From assembly GCA_963698075.1 (NCBI GenBank), contig OY969116.1, forward strand, positions 313,010-377,009: a stretch of 64,000 nt of DNA, in the 5' to 3' direction. The translations under genes were made by a program, and so were the position numbers. Within the stretch, counting starts at the first letter, position 1. Each line of letters starts with the position of its first letter. Source of the stretch: an uncultured Candidatus Berkelbacteria bacterium. GTDB taxonomy: Bacteria > Patescibacteriota > UBA1384 > UBA12157 > JAENIV01. A model generated the notes under the pieces. The model did no database searches. It was given only the letters and a program-made list of their open reading frames with translations, and was not told the DNA's origin. Shown in pieces: positions 55,656 through 64,000 of this stretch.

Positions 55656-56066
55656 CTACCTATTAACTAAATCTTGCCAATGCTCTTCCAAAAATTGTTT
55701 TTCCTGTGTGAAACCCAAGTCTCTCATTGCTTCTTCGTAGGTAAACCAGTCGTAGTCTTCGTCTGCAGCTTGGTGTTTATAATCATCAGTTTCCAACAAA
55801 AAGAGGTGTATTACTTTTTCTACAACTTCGCCAGTGTCTTCCTTAGATTGCCTTGTTATAGTTCCTAATTTCTTTATCGCTCTCAATCCTTCTAAACCAG
55901 TTTCTTCTTTAACTTCTCTAAGAGCGGTCTGTTCTTCCGTCTCGGCTTTTTGTATATGACCTTTCGGAAACACAAGAAACCCATCCTTGTGTCTAACGAG
56001 AAGCAAGAGTGCGTTTTTGCCATCTCTTTTTAAGACTAAACCGCCAGAAGAATAAGTTTTTTTCAT
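55656..56066 (-). CDS. NUDIX hydrolase
   Basis: GHIQKAETEEQTALREVKEETG Nudix box. Confidence 0.7.
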   Translation of the reverse strand: MKKTYSSGGLVLKRDGKNALLLLVRHKDGFLVFPKGHIQKAETEEQTALREVKEETGLEGLRAIKKLGTITRQSKEDTGEVVEKVIHLFLLETDDYKHQAADEDYDWFTYEEAMRDLGFTQEKQFLEEHWQDLVNR

Positions 56067-56184
56067 CCTATTTCTAACTTAGCAGATAAGCACTTGTCAA
56101 ACAATAAAAAATAGGTCATCACCCCAACGGGATTAGAACCTATTTTCTCCTGTTACTATAATTTCTTAATTTTGTTAACAGGTT

Positions 56185-56225
56185 TGGTAGCGCCGACGGG
56201 ATTCGAAGGTCGGTGTCCAACCGAC
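56185..56225 (-). repeat. Duplicated 3' end (23 nt) of tRNA-Glu fused to shared hairpin motif GGTCGGTGTCCAACCGAC
   Basis: tggtagcgccgacgggattcgaa is identical to tRNA-Glu 56364-56386, but the T-stem partner is absent so it is not a tRNA. Same 18-nt motif follows the tRNA-Lys fragment at 57523-57540. Confidence 0.5.
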
Positions 56226-56363
56226 ATTCCTATCGCGCTCGTATTGATTATCTGATATTTTTTCTGATACTGCAATAAAAATCATTCTAAAAGGTCACGT
56301 CCATCATTCCGGGTTCTACCGCGACATTACCAAACACAAAAAGACCACCAGGGTCTTTGTGTT

Positions 56364-56441
56364 TGGTAGCGCCGACGGGATTCGAACCCGTGATCTCCAG
56401 GATGAAAACCTGGTATCCTAAACCAACTAGACGACGGCGCC
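56364..56441 (-). tRNA. tRNA-Glu (anticodon TTC) with CCA
   Basis: rc ggcgccg...ccagg-ttttcat-cctgg...acggg-ttcgaat-cccgt-cggcgct-a-cca. Its 5' 25 nt are duplicated at 56516-56540. Confidence 0.85.
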
Positions 56442-56861
56442 ATAATGCTTATTTGTCAACTAACGATATATTTCTGGAGCTTTGTTCCAGTGGATGAAAA
56501 CCGCCGTGTACGGCCCTAAACCAACTAGACGACGGCGCCATATTACCATTTTATATGACAATAAGCCTGAAGTAAAGGAGAAACGGTTTTGCTGCAACAA
56601 AAATAACCCCTCGCATAAAGCTGTGGGTTACACCCTTACTTCCTTGTCGCTTCTGGCTTGCCACCCGAAGCTCCAAAGGAACGAAAGGTGGAGAGACATT
56701 CGGGTCTAGAACCTTTTGGCTCTTTTTTATTAATGAAGCAATTTCCTTTTTTCATAAAGGGGTTTAATTTCTTCAGTTAATTGGTTAGTCACTGCATTCC
56801 CTTCATTCTTTTCTCTGTGGTCTCGATCTACAGCCGTGTATGAGATTTGCCACTGTATTCG

Positions 56862-57422
56862 TTATTTAGTCTGATTTAGCGCATCTTTAATATTGCCCCA
56901 GTATTCTTTGGTCGTATCGAAGAACGGTACATTCAGCTTCTTGCAAACCTCCTCTAAACGTTTACTTTCTGATATCAAAAACTCGAACTCCTCAAGTAAT
57001 TCCTCGTTGCTCATTTCATTAGTCCAGTTGGTTACGTCAAATTCGCGGCATTTTGCCAGTCGTTCTTGTGGTGTTGTATTTGGATAACCAAATACAAAAT
57101 ATTGTAAGTGAGGATACTTCGCATACAAATCCTCAAGCGGCAGAAGGAAGCCTTCAATCACAAAGCCATCTACATCCATTCCGTCGATCATTCGGAAGAC
57201 AAAAGGTCTAAACTTTTGACACACCTCGATGTGTTCTTTGAGGTTGGGCGCTCTATGTGTAATACCTAGCTGCGGAAACACATCCTCAAATCCCTCGATA
57301 ATCGGGTCAATACAAATATGCTGAACAAAATATTTCTTCACCAATTCGTGAGAAAAAGTAGACTTACCGGCAGTGGGTACGCCAGTGACTATAAATTGAT
57401 GAAATTTCTGTTCTTGTCCCAT
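56862..57422 (-). CDS. P-loop NTPase/kinase-like protein
   Basis: IVTGVPTAGKST Walker A; 186 aa; sits between the two tRNA-fragment scars. Confidence 0.4.
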   Translation of the reverse strand: MGQEQKFHQFIVTGVPTAGKSTFSHELVKKYFVQHICIDPIIEGFEDVFPQLGITHRAPNLKEHIEVCQKFRPFVFRMIDGMDVDGFVIEGFLLPLEDLYAKYPHLQYFVFGYPNTTPQERLAKCREFDVTNWTNEMSNEELLEEFEFLISESKRLEEVCKKLNVPFFDTTKEYWGNIKDALNQTK

Positions 57423-57498
57423 AACTTGAATCCCTTTGTTCTTGTATCTTAGAGTCTTTTTTGCTTCTCCTACCTTTTACGCGGTCCCAAGCTTCTAA

Positions 57499-57540
57499 TT
57501 GGAGGGCTCGGTGGGATTCGAAGGTCGGTGTCCAACCGAC
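57499..57540 (-). repeat. Duplicated 3' end (24 nt) of tRNA-Lys fused to GGTCGGTGTCCAACCGAC motif
   Basis: ttggagggctcggtgggattcgaa is identical to 57685-57708 of tRNA-Lys, followed by the 18-nt hairpin motif instead of the T-stem. Confidence 0.5.
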
Positions 57541-57685
57541 GTCTCGATTCGTGCTTGTATTGGTTTATCTTAATTTAATGGCTCAATCCATCTGAGCCGT
57601 TCAATTTCTATCTCGTCGGCTATCATTGTGGGTTCTCACCCAACCGACCCAAGCCAGAAACCCCGATAAACCAGGGGTTCTGGCT

Positions 57686-57760
57686 TGGAGGGCTCGGTGG
57701 GATTCGAACCCACGACAAGTTGCTTAAGAGGCAACTGCTCTGCCACTGAGCTACGAGCCC
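57686..57760 (-). tRNA. tRNA-Lys (anticodon CTT) with CCA
   Basis: rc gggctcg-ta-gctc-agtggca-gagc-a-gttgc-ctcttaa-gcaac-ttgtc-gtggg-ttcgaat-cccac-cgagccc-t-cca. Confidence 0.85.
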
Positions 57761-57761
57761 A

Positions 57762-57834
57762 CGCCCTCGGCGTGATTCGAACACGCAACCTAAGGGTTAG
57801 AAACCCTTCGCTCTATCCATTAAGCTACGAGGGC
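57762..57834 (-). tRNA. tRNA-Arg (anticodon TCT), no CCA
   Basis: rc gccctcg-ta-gctt-aatggata-gagc-g-aaggg-tttctaa-ccctt-aggtt-gcgtg-ttcgaat-cacgc-cgagggc-g. Confidence 0.8.
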
Positions 57835-57849
57835 AAAATGCTCTACTCA

Positions 57850-57914
57850 CCCCGTTAATTCCGCACTATCATAATACTATGGAATAGATTTGATAGTAAG
57901 GAATTTTGCGGGGT
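57850..57914. repeat. 65-bp repeat copy 2, adjacent to a tRNA 5'-fragment-like sequence
   Basis: About 83% identical to 21759-21823. Followed by ccactgagctacaggggc (rc gcccctgtagctcagtgg, a tRNA acceptor+D-arm-like 5' fragment). Confidence 0.4.
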
Positions 57915-58024
57915 CCACTGAGCTACAGGGGCATCAAGTAAATTATACCAGATAACCATTTGATGAAAAAGAGACCCAGCCCCCCCCAAGTGGGGGCTGG
58001 GTCTTCGGCAGGCCGCGATTGAAA

Positions 58025-58756
58025 CTACCACCAGTCGACGGCCTGGGATACTTCGACCTCCTCCCCCTCATCGATACTAAAATGGACCGGCAGGGTAAGG
58101 GCTGCGTAGGGCCCCCATCCCAGCGACACCGTATAGCTGCCGGCAAAGAGCTCGGGCCAAACGGCCTGGCCCGAGGAGTTGGTGTAATGATACTCCTCCA
58201 CATGGAGGAGTCCCCCTAGTGTCAATCCATCCAACCAAACCAGGACGCCCGGCGCGGGAGCGCCAGACTCATCGGTCACTGTTGCGGTCACCCTCGAGTA
58301 CTCGCACACATCGAGGGCAACGACGTGGATTTCGCCGGGGGTGCCGGCGAAGTCGATGGTCGCCGTATCTCCATCCTGGCGAAGTCCATCGACCTGCATA
58401 AAGGTCCACCAGTCAGAGGGAAGCTGGAAGATAACCCTCCATTTCCCTCTCGACGCCCTTACCTCAACCGGCGTCGAATACCTCTTGGTCTTTCCGTCGG
58501 GGTTGATGACCCACACCCGCCAGGCGAGCCATTGCTCGCCTAGATCTAGATCCAGGACGAAGTCCAGGTCCTTGTCATCCAAGACTCGGACCTGAAGCTG
58601 AGGCCAAGACGGTCCTCCCTTCTTGAGGGGAACCGCCGGCCCTGCCATCGCACTTGAGGCGATGGCGCAGAGCAACATCGACACTACCAGGAACTGCAAT
58701 ACAGCACCAACCCTTCGTCTCGACATCTTCGGACCCCTCCGTGCCAGTATCCCCAA
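58025..58756 (-). CDS. Secreted GC-rich protein with Ig/prealbumin-like (CarboxypepD_reg-like) C-terminal domain
   Basis: Signal peptide (AVLQFLVVSMLLCAIASSAMA). SGAPAPGVLVWLDG...TNSSGQAVWPELFAGSYTVSL. GC about 65%. Confidence 0.4.
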   Translation of the reverse strand: MGILARRGPKMSRRRVGAVLQFLVVSMLLCAIASSAMAGPAVPLKKGGPSWPQLQVRVLDDKDLDFVLDLDLGEQWLAWRVWVINPDGKTKRYSTPVEVRASRGKWRVIFQLPSDWWTFMQVDGLRQDGDTATIDFAGTPGEIHVVALDVCEYSRVTATVTDESGAPAPGVLVWLDGLTLGGLLHVEEYHYTNSSGQAVWPELFAGSYTVSLGWGPYAALTLPVHFSIDEGEEVEVSQAVDWW

Positions 58757-58892
58757 AACTTCTCTCGGGGGTGGAACTCAGCCTAAATGCCCCTCATCTC
58801 TCCTTTCTCCCTCCTCACCAAATTGTAAAAATCCCAAACCTGGCCACATTATATCGAGAATTTATATAAAAGTCAAGAGTAAGATACCTTAT

Positions 58893-59696
58893 CTACGTCG
58901 CGATATCTCTTTTGGCAAAAATTACGAGTCCTAAAATAAATAAAACCAAAGCCGTCCCCAAAAATACTATATAAGACCAGTGATCAATTTCATTGTAAAC
59001 CAAGGCTTTTTGCGGATTAAAATAATAGAAAAAAGAGGCATATTTAAGATTCATTAGACTTTCTTTAAGACTCGATAAAATATTGAGAACATACATAATG
59101 ACTAAAACAACCCCAGAGATAAAAAAGACCTTGCCCTTATCAGAAAAAATACTTGAAAGAAAATAAGCGATACTAAAAATACTCAAGGCAAACATAAAAG
59201 CTAATATCACTAACGTCGTAAAATTCGGGGCTTTAAAACTAATATTATAAGCCGCGCTCAATGGCGTGGCGGCATAAACCGAGAAAAAGGTAAAGATAAC
59301 CAGCATGAAAATTCCTGCTAAATAACGACTGACAAAAAGTTTGGCCCGCGAAATCGGTTGAGAAAGTAAGACTTCGATTGTCCCCCTCTCAATTTCACCC
59401 GCCAAAGCCGCCCCGGCGTACCCGATCATCATAAAAATCGTAATTATTGGCCAGACAAAAGAAAATTGTTCAGTCGCCAGGTACCCTTCCACCGTGGTAA
59501 AACTTTTAATGTCAAAATTAAAAGCTTTCATAAAACTCTGAGGATAACCTTTGATTAACTGCTCTAAATTGGCCGACTGATCCTTAAATGAAGGAAATAA
59601 AGCAATATACATCCATAAAAGAAGAATCGCGGCCAGACAATAAATCAGGATTAAATTTCTTCGATCTTTAATTGTCCGCCAAAAAATTGTCCACAT
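58893..59696 (-). CDS. ABC-2 type transporter permease
   Basis: 6 predicted TM helices; immediately downstream of the ATPase gene. Confidence 0.55.
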   Translation of the reverse strand: MWTIFWRTIKDRRNLILIYCLAAILLLWMYIALFPSFKDQSANLEQLIKGYPQSFMKAFNFDIKSFTTVEGYLATEQFSFVWPIITIFMMIGYAGAALAGEIERGTIEVLLSQPISRAKLFVSRYLAGIFMLVIFTFFSVYAATPLSAAYNISFKAPNFTTLVILAFMFALSIFSIAYFLSSIFSDKGKVFFISGVVLVIMYVLNILSSLKESLMNLKYASFFYYFNPQKALVYNEIDHWSYIVFLGTALVLFILGLVIFAKRDIAT

Positions 59697-59699
59697 TCT

Positions 59700-60632
59700 T
59701 TAAAGTTTAGGAATTTCATTTAAATCGCTAGAAACATCAGAAGGCATTGTCAAATGATCTGATCTTCCATAAAACTCCAAAAAAATCTCTTCCAAAGACG
59801 CATGAGAAATTTCTAACTCTTTCAAATTGTAATTGGCCAGCATTCTAATTAGAGGATTAATATCGCCTTTAACACCCAAAACCAACCCTTCAGGCAATTC
59901 CTGCTGGATTTCAACCCCGGAAAGGTTAAAAATATTTCTGTCATATGATCCGTTAAAACTAACAGTCACCACGTGCATTCTTTTCTCTTTGAGCTCTCTA
60001 ATGCCCTCAACATCAACAATTTTGCCTTCTTTGATAATTGCCACTCGACTACAAATCCGATCAACTTCGGCTAAATTATGAGACGACATAAAAATTGTTG
60101 TCCCGCGTTTTTGAAGATCTTTTAAAATTCCGTAAATGGTGTTTTGTAGCAGAGGATCTAAGCCCAAAGTTGGTTCGTCCATAATCAATAACTCCGGTTC
60201 AAACATTAAGGCAAGAATCAAACCCAACTTTTGTTTGTTGCCAGATGAAAGCGTTTTAAATTTAATATTTGGATTTAAGTTGAGTTTTTCGATCAAATCC
60301 CGGGCAATTGATTTCCGATGTCTTAGATTTTCTAAAAATAAAATGTGGTCCTTGCCGGTCCAACCGTCATACAGACGAACGTCGCCAGAAAGATAACCGA
60401 TTTTATTTTTGATTGCGGTGGAGTCTTTTAGAGAATCGTATCCTAAAATATTAATGGCGCCACCATCGGGTCGCAAAAAATCTAAGAGACATCGGATGGT
60501 GGTAGTTTTACCGGCGCCGTTGGGCCCCAAAAATCCAAAAACTTCACCCTTTTCAACACTAAAAGAAATATCGTCAACCGCTCGCGTTTTCCCAAAATAT
60601 TTTTTTAAATTTTGAACTTGAATAGCGCTCAT
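59700..60632 (-). CDS. ABC transporter ATP-binding protein
   Basis: GFLGPNGAGKTTT, LSSGNKQKL, LIMDEPTLGLD. Confidence 0.8.
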   Translation of the reverse strand: MSAIQVQNLKKYFGKTRAVDDISFSVEKGEVFGFLGPNGAGKTTTIRCLLDFLRPDGGAINILGYDSLKDSTAIKNKIGYLSGDVRLYDGWTGKDHILFLENLRHRKSIARDLIEKLNLNPNIKFKTLSSGNKQKLGLILALMFEPELLIMDEPTLGLDPLLQNTIYGILKDLQKRGTTIFMSSHNLAEVDRICSRVAIIKEGKIVDVEGIRELKEKRMHVVTVSFNGSYDRNIFNLSGVEIQQELPEGLVLGVKGDINPLIRMLANYNLKELEISHASLEEIFLEFYGRSDHLTMPSDVSSDLNEIPKL

Positions 60633-60743
60633 ATAATTATCCTTAGTCAGATTATATCAAGATTTCACTGATTAGACCATCTTATAAAAAGACAAAGCAC
60701 CGCAAGGTTTTGCGGTGCTTAAGTATGCGCCAGACGCCGGTTC

Positions 60744-61820
60744 TTATCCGACGCTTCCCAGATCGGCGTTGCGCAAGTCTTCGGCGGCATGCTCAGGTGT
60801 GCGGGGATTGATGTAGGCGCCCGAGCCCTTCTCGAGGGCCGCCAGAATTGCTTCGGTGATTGGTTCGATCTGACAATGCCAATGATAGGTCTCTAGCTCA
60901 GTGTCGGTGGGAGGGGCAGTGTGGAAGTAGAGGTTGTAGTCAGGGTCGTTGAGTGTTACCCGAATCCTCTTCAGCGTCTCCTGTAGCAACAAGGCGAATT
61001 CCGTCAGAAGGTCGGCTCCTTGAGGATGGGTCGAGATGTTGGCAAAGTAGCTCTGGTGATACCGCGGTCCCACAATAACCTGATAAGGCGTCCTTGAGGT
61101 GAAGGGACACCAAGCCATGAAGTTTTCGGTGACATTGATCAACCGTTCCTTGGCAAGCAGTTCCCAATCTCTCTCCTCACAGTAGAAACAGGAGCGATTC
61201 AGGTCATAATAGTGCCGGGCGCCTGCCAACTCATGGTAGATCCGCGCTGGCAATGTCGGTAGCGCCACCAACTGGCTGTGGGGATGGGGTTGGCTGGCGC
61301 CAGCGAGCGGTCCATAATTCTTGAAGAGAAAGATGCAGTGGATGTTCCGTTTACTTCCGATTGCCAAGGTCATCTCCCGCCACATGTGCAAGACTTCGCG
61401 GAAGTAGAAGGGGTCGAGAGTCTCAAGAGCAACATCGTGTCGAGGTGATTCGATGATGACATAGTGGAAGCCGAAAGCCGGCAATACCGTAAACGGTCCA
61501 CGCTTCTCCACCACCAGAATCTCTGAAGGAATCGAGGCGTTCACTGCCGGCGCTAGGTTCGGTACGACTCTCACCCACCAGCCAGGATTGTCTGCCTTCG
61601 TCTCTTTAGCACGATAGGAACTTACTTCCTTCGGGGTCTGGCTCTCCCGACCCTCTTCGAAAGAACACTCTTCGCCGCTGACGAGGCGCGGGTTGAACCT
61701 GGACCAATCGCGCTCTTTCTGCCGCCGTAACTTCTCCAACGGCTTCTCCCGGTCTGAACCGATGATCACCAGCGTCCCCGAAATCGGGTTCCTTCTTAGC
61801 TCTTCCACACGACCTGGCAT
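60744..61820 (-). CDS. galT: Galactose-1-phosphate uridylyltransferase-like (GalT/HIT superfamily) protein, GC-rich
   Basis: SQPHPHSQL matches the GalT HPH active-site motif. CFYCE..C/H zinc-site-like residues. ATG 61820 with aggagg SD. The track ORF's upstream 71 residues read through tRNA-His and are artifactual. Confidence 0.55.
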   Translation of the reverse strand: MPGRVEELRRNPISGTLVIIGSDREKPLEKLRRQKERDWSRFNPRLVSGEECSFEEGRESQTPKEVSSYRAKETKADNPGWWVRVVPNLAPAVNASIPSEILVVEKRGPFTVLPAFGFHYVIIESPRHDVALETLDPFYFREVLHMWREMTLAIGSKRNIHCIFLFKNYGPLAGASQPHPHSQLVALPTLPARIYHELAGARHYYDLNRSCFYCEERDWELLAKERLINVTENFMAWCPFTSRTPYQVIVGPRYHQSYFANISTHPQGADLLTEFALLLQETLKRIRVTLNDPDYNLYFHTAPPTDTELETYHWHCQIEPITEAILAALEKGSGAYINPRTPEHAAEDLRNADLGSVG

Positions 61821-61924
61821 CACAGGCCTCCTTGTACCAAAAAGAACCAGTCCTTCTGGTCCTCGTGGTTTTGTCAAAGGTCTACGATAACCACAATAGA
61901 CCTTATACTTTAGTTTGTCAAGAT

Positions 61925-62000
61925 TGGGGTGGCTGACGCGATTCGAACGCGCGACCGCTCGGGCCACATCCGAGTGCTCTACCACTGAGCTACAGCCACC
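61925..62000 (-). tRNA. tRNA-His (anticodon GTG) with encoded G-1 and CCA
   Basis: rc g-gtggctg-ta-gctc-agtggta-gagc-a-ctcgg-atgtggc-ccgag-cggtc-gcgcg-ttcgaat-cgcgt-cagccac-c-cca. Confidence 0.85.
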
Positions 62001-62186
62001 ATATATAAAATGAATCTGCCTTTTGAAGGCCAAATCTCAAATTCTTGCTGATAAATCAATAAATCCCTAAACTACTACTTTTTACGGGACGCCAACCACC
62101 AAATCAGGGCAACGACGACGACGGCAATGACTACCCACCAATACCAAACCATTAAAATCTCCTTTCATTATCATTATACCATTAAT

Positions 62187-62261
62187 TGGTGCCCCCGGGT
62201 GGATTCGAACCACCAACTCTAGGTCCGAAGCCTAGTGTTTTATCCGTTATACTACGGGGGC
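62187..62261 (-). tRNA. tRNA-Arg (anticodon TCG) with CCA
   Basis: rc gcccccg-ta-gtat-aacggata-aaac-a-ctagg-cttcgga-cctag-agtt-ggtgg-ttcgaat-ccacc-cgggggc-a-cca. Confidence 0.8.
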
Positions 62262-62518
62262 AGATTGAACTTTAAACTATTTTTTAATTGCTCTTTCAAT
62301 CTTACTCGACCTGGTCCACTTTTTAAATATCTTTCTCTTCCCTTGGCATCATCTCGATTTAGGTAAGCTTCAAAATAGAGTAACTTATATGGTCTATGTT
62401 GATTGGTATATCTTGAAAATCCTTTATTATGGTCGGAGAATCTCCTCTTTATGTCAGATGTTTCACCGATATACCAACTTTTGTCTTTTAAACTTATTAA
62501 AAGATAAACGTAATGCAT
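62252..62518 (-). CDS. GIY-YIG nuclease-domain protein (YhbQ/UPF0213-like)
   Basis: YVYLLISLKDKSWYIGETSDIKRRFSDHN. Last 3 codons and stop overlap the tRNA-Arg(TCG) 5' end. Confidence 0.55.
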   Translation of the reverse strand: MHYVYLLISLKDKSWYIGETSDIKRRFSDHNKGFSRYTNQHRPYKLLYFEAYLNRDDAKGRERYLKSGPGRVRLKEQLKNSLKFNLPP

Positions 62519-62601
62519 TATTGGCCTCGTATATCCTCTTTGCTTCGCAAATTAGGAAACGCGGCTCATCCCGTTTCCTGTCATAGACAGGATATACGGG
62601 A

Positions 62602-62675
62602 TGGAGCGGGTAGCGGGAGTCGAACCCGCATCTTCACCTTGGAAGGGTGACATAATGCCGCTATACGATACCCGC
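62602..62675 (-). tRNA. tRNA-Gly (anticodon TCC) with CCA
   Basis: rc gcgggtatcgtatagcggcattatg-tcacc-cttccaa-ggtga-agat-gcggg-ttcgact-cccgc-tacccgc-t-cca, near-identical in layout to E. coli tRNA-Gly(UCC). Confidence 0.85.
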
Positions 62676-62707
62676 AAAATTATAAATTTACTCTCCAAGA
62701 ATTCCCA

Positions 62708-63238
62708 TTAATTTCTACTATATAATATGTTCCTTTCCTGAATATAATTCTTATCTAAATCTTTCCATCGGCCAGTAATGTATCCAATGGCTCCCATTAT
62801 CGGATCTCCATGCGACACAACCACGGCATTTTCATTCTTTTTTGCAATTTTTTTTAAAAAATCAAAAACTCTTTTGCCTGAATCTTTTCTTCCCTCCATG
62901 TCTGAAGTTATAAAGGGATTTTTCATATATTCTGAATTTTTCTTAAAATCATCTTTCTTTCTGCCTTGCCAGTATGAACTTTCTACTTCAATAATCTGAT
63001 TGTTGATTTCGATATTCTTTGGATCAATATCTAAGATTTTCGCAGTTATTTCAGCAGTCTCAAGTGTCCTTTCCAATGGCGATGTATATATTCTTTGAAT
63101 ATTTTCCTTTTTTAAATTTCCTGCCGACTCAACTACCTTTCGCCGGCCTTCATTACTTAAATGATAACCCGGTAACCGACCAGGAAAAACATCTTTGGGA
63201 TTATTAATTTGTCCATGACGAAACAAAAATATCTTCAT
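62708..63238 (-). CDS. Histidine phosphatase family protein (phosphoglycerate-mutase-like)
   Basis: LFRHGQ catalytic RHG motif; second His in VVSHGD. Confidence 0.65.
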   Translation of the reverse strand: MKIFLFRHGQINNPKDVFPGRLPGYHLSNEGRRKVVESAGNLKKENIQRIYTSPLERTLETAEITAKILDIDPKNIEINNQIIEVESSYWQGRKKDDFKKNSEYMKNPFITSDMEGRKDSGKRVFDFLKKIAKKNENAVVVSHGDPIMGAIGYITGRWKDLDKNYIQERNILYSRN

Positions 63239-63242
63239 TTAT

Positions 63243-63318
63243 TGGTCGGGGACCCGAGGCTCGAACTCGGAACCTCCGCCTCCCAAAGGCGGCGCTCTAC
63301 CAATTGAGCCAGTCCCCG
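63243..63318 (-). tRNA. tRNA-Pro (anticodon TGG) with CCA
   Basis: rc cggggac-tg-gctc-aattggta-gagc-g-ccgcc-tttggga-ggcgg-aggtt-ccgag-ttcgagc-ctcgg-gtccccg-a-cca. Confidence 0.85.
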
Positions 63319-63371
63319 AGACTATCTATAGTATAGCATTCTACCTGATTTTTCACCAAAAATCAATCCGT

Positions 63372-64000
63372 CTATCTAAGATCGAAAATGAATACACCCG
63401 GCGTAATTTGCTCACGAGGGAAATCTTCAAGCCATTTGAGTTCGGCTAATTGAAAATAGGTAGCTGAAACGATAACATATCCTTTAATGGTTCTATCTTC
63501 CCAAGGGAAGGGTTTAAGATTAATTCCATAATACCGCAAGGCCTCATTACCATCCCAAGGATAGAGAATATAACCATCATTAATTTGATGTTCGTCAAGA
63601 TATTTTTTAATTCGGAAAATGTCTTGTCCCCAGTCTAAATTCGAATCGCCTAAAATTTTATAGCCACCCCTTGGTCCACCGGAAGATTCATTAAAGTAAG
63701 CTAGATAGTTGGGATAGCTTGAAATTGATGACAATAAATACCACAAGATCAACAATATAAATAACAACGCTGGAATAAGTTTTTTAACATCAGCTCTAAT
63801 AATTTTCGTTGCTCTAAAATCAACTAAATTTATCGATTTCGACGCATAAACCGCTAAAAATGGAAAAATTGGCAGAATGTGACGGACGCCTAAATCGGCT
63901 TTCGAAAACATGCTGATGGCTAAAAAGATTATTGGTGCGGTCAACAACACCAACTCATCGAAAGATTCCTTTGCTTTCAATTTCTTCCAGAAAATTATTC
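63372..64000 (-). CDS. C-terminal part of a large polytopic membrane protein (possibly GT39/ArnT-like glycosyltransferase); continues past window end
   Basis: TM helices plus C-terminal soluble region. Open frame runs to position 64000 without a start. Confidence 0.3.
   Translation of the reverse strand, partial: IIFWKKLKAKESFDELVLLTAPIIFLAISMFSKADLGVRHILPIFPFLAVYASKSINLVDFRATKIIRADVKKLIPALLFILLILWYLLSSISSYPNYLAYFNESSGGPRGGYKILGDSNLDWGQDIFRIKKYLDEHQINDGYILYPWDGNEALRYYGINLKPFPWEDRTIKGYVIVSATYFQLAELKWLEDFPREQITPGVFIFDLR

Noticed and set aside
56185-56225. Fragments at 56185-56225 and 57499-57540 as additional functional tRNA genes
   Set aside because: Only the last 23-24 nt match the tRNA. 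The sequence replacing the T-stem 5' strand (ggtcggtgtccaaccgac) cannot pair with the retained 3' strand, and no D or anticodon arms follow on the minus strand.
56482-56709. 75-aa plus-strand ORF in the tRNA-Glu region
   Set aside because: Overlaps the duplicated tRNA-Glu 5' fragment and intergenic hairpins. Composition and lack of SD suggest non-coding.
62602-62675. tRNA-Trp(CCA) assignment for this gene
   Set aside because: Position-by-position folding gives anticodon loop cttccaa (anticodon TCC) and the sequence closely parallels E. coli tRNA-Gly(UCC). Called tRNA-Gly instead.

Overview
Low-GC (visually about 35-40%), gene-dense bacterial window with about 100 genes, many short or domain-reduced. 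Features such as a ThrRS lacking editing domains, a def-fmt fusion, a degenerate PriA, an AmmeMemoRadiSam triad and ATT/TTG start codons suggest, by inference only, a Patescibacteria/CPR-like organism. Housekeeping content: uvrA, infC-rpmI-rplT, rpsP-KH-trmD, rplY, lepB, glyA, smpB and tmRNA (ssrA), rny, hup, and a complete thymidylate module (tmk, HD, thyX, glyA, dCMP deaminase, kinase, dut). There are 16 tRNA genes. Accessory content: (1) a roughly 130-150 bp MITE-like element with imperfect terminal inverted repeats in two copies, one intergenic and one inserted in-frame into the fmt part of the def-fmt fusion (reminiscent of Rickettsia palindromic elements); (2) a 7.4 kb minus-strand cluster of cell-surface/secreted proteins (cohesin and dockerin modules, GH5 glycosidase, right-handed beta-helix protein, shared C-terminal Ig-like domains, one frameshifted paralog); (3) several GC-rich islands (about 55-65% GC), some abutting tRNA genes, carrying PurE-like plus ATP-dependent ligase genes, a fused dUTPase-dCMP deaminase that duplicates native genes, a secreted beta-propeller, a secreted Ig-like protein and a GalT-like gene; (4) duplicated tRNA 3'-end fragments followed by a shared hairpin motif downstream of tRNA-Glu and tRNA-Lys (integration-scar-like); (5) an ATP-grasp + AbrB-like + 2x(ABC ATPase/ABC-2 permease) operon flanked by tRNAs. 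All calls rest on reading the translated ORFs and sequence by eye. No searches or computations were run.
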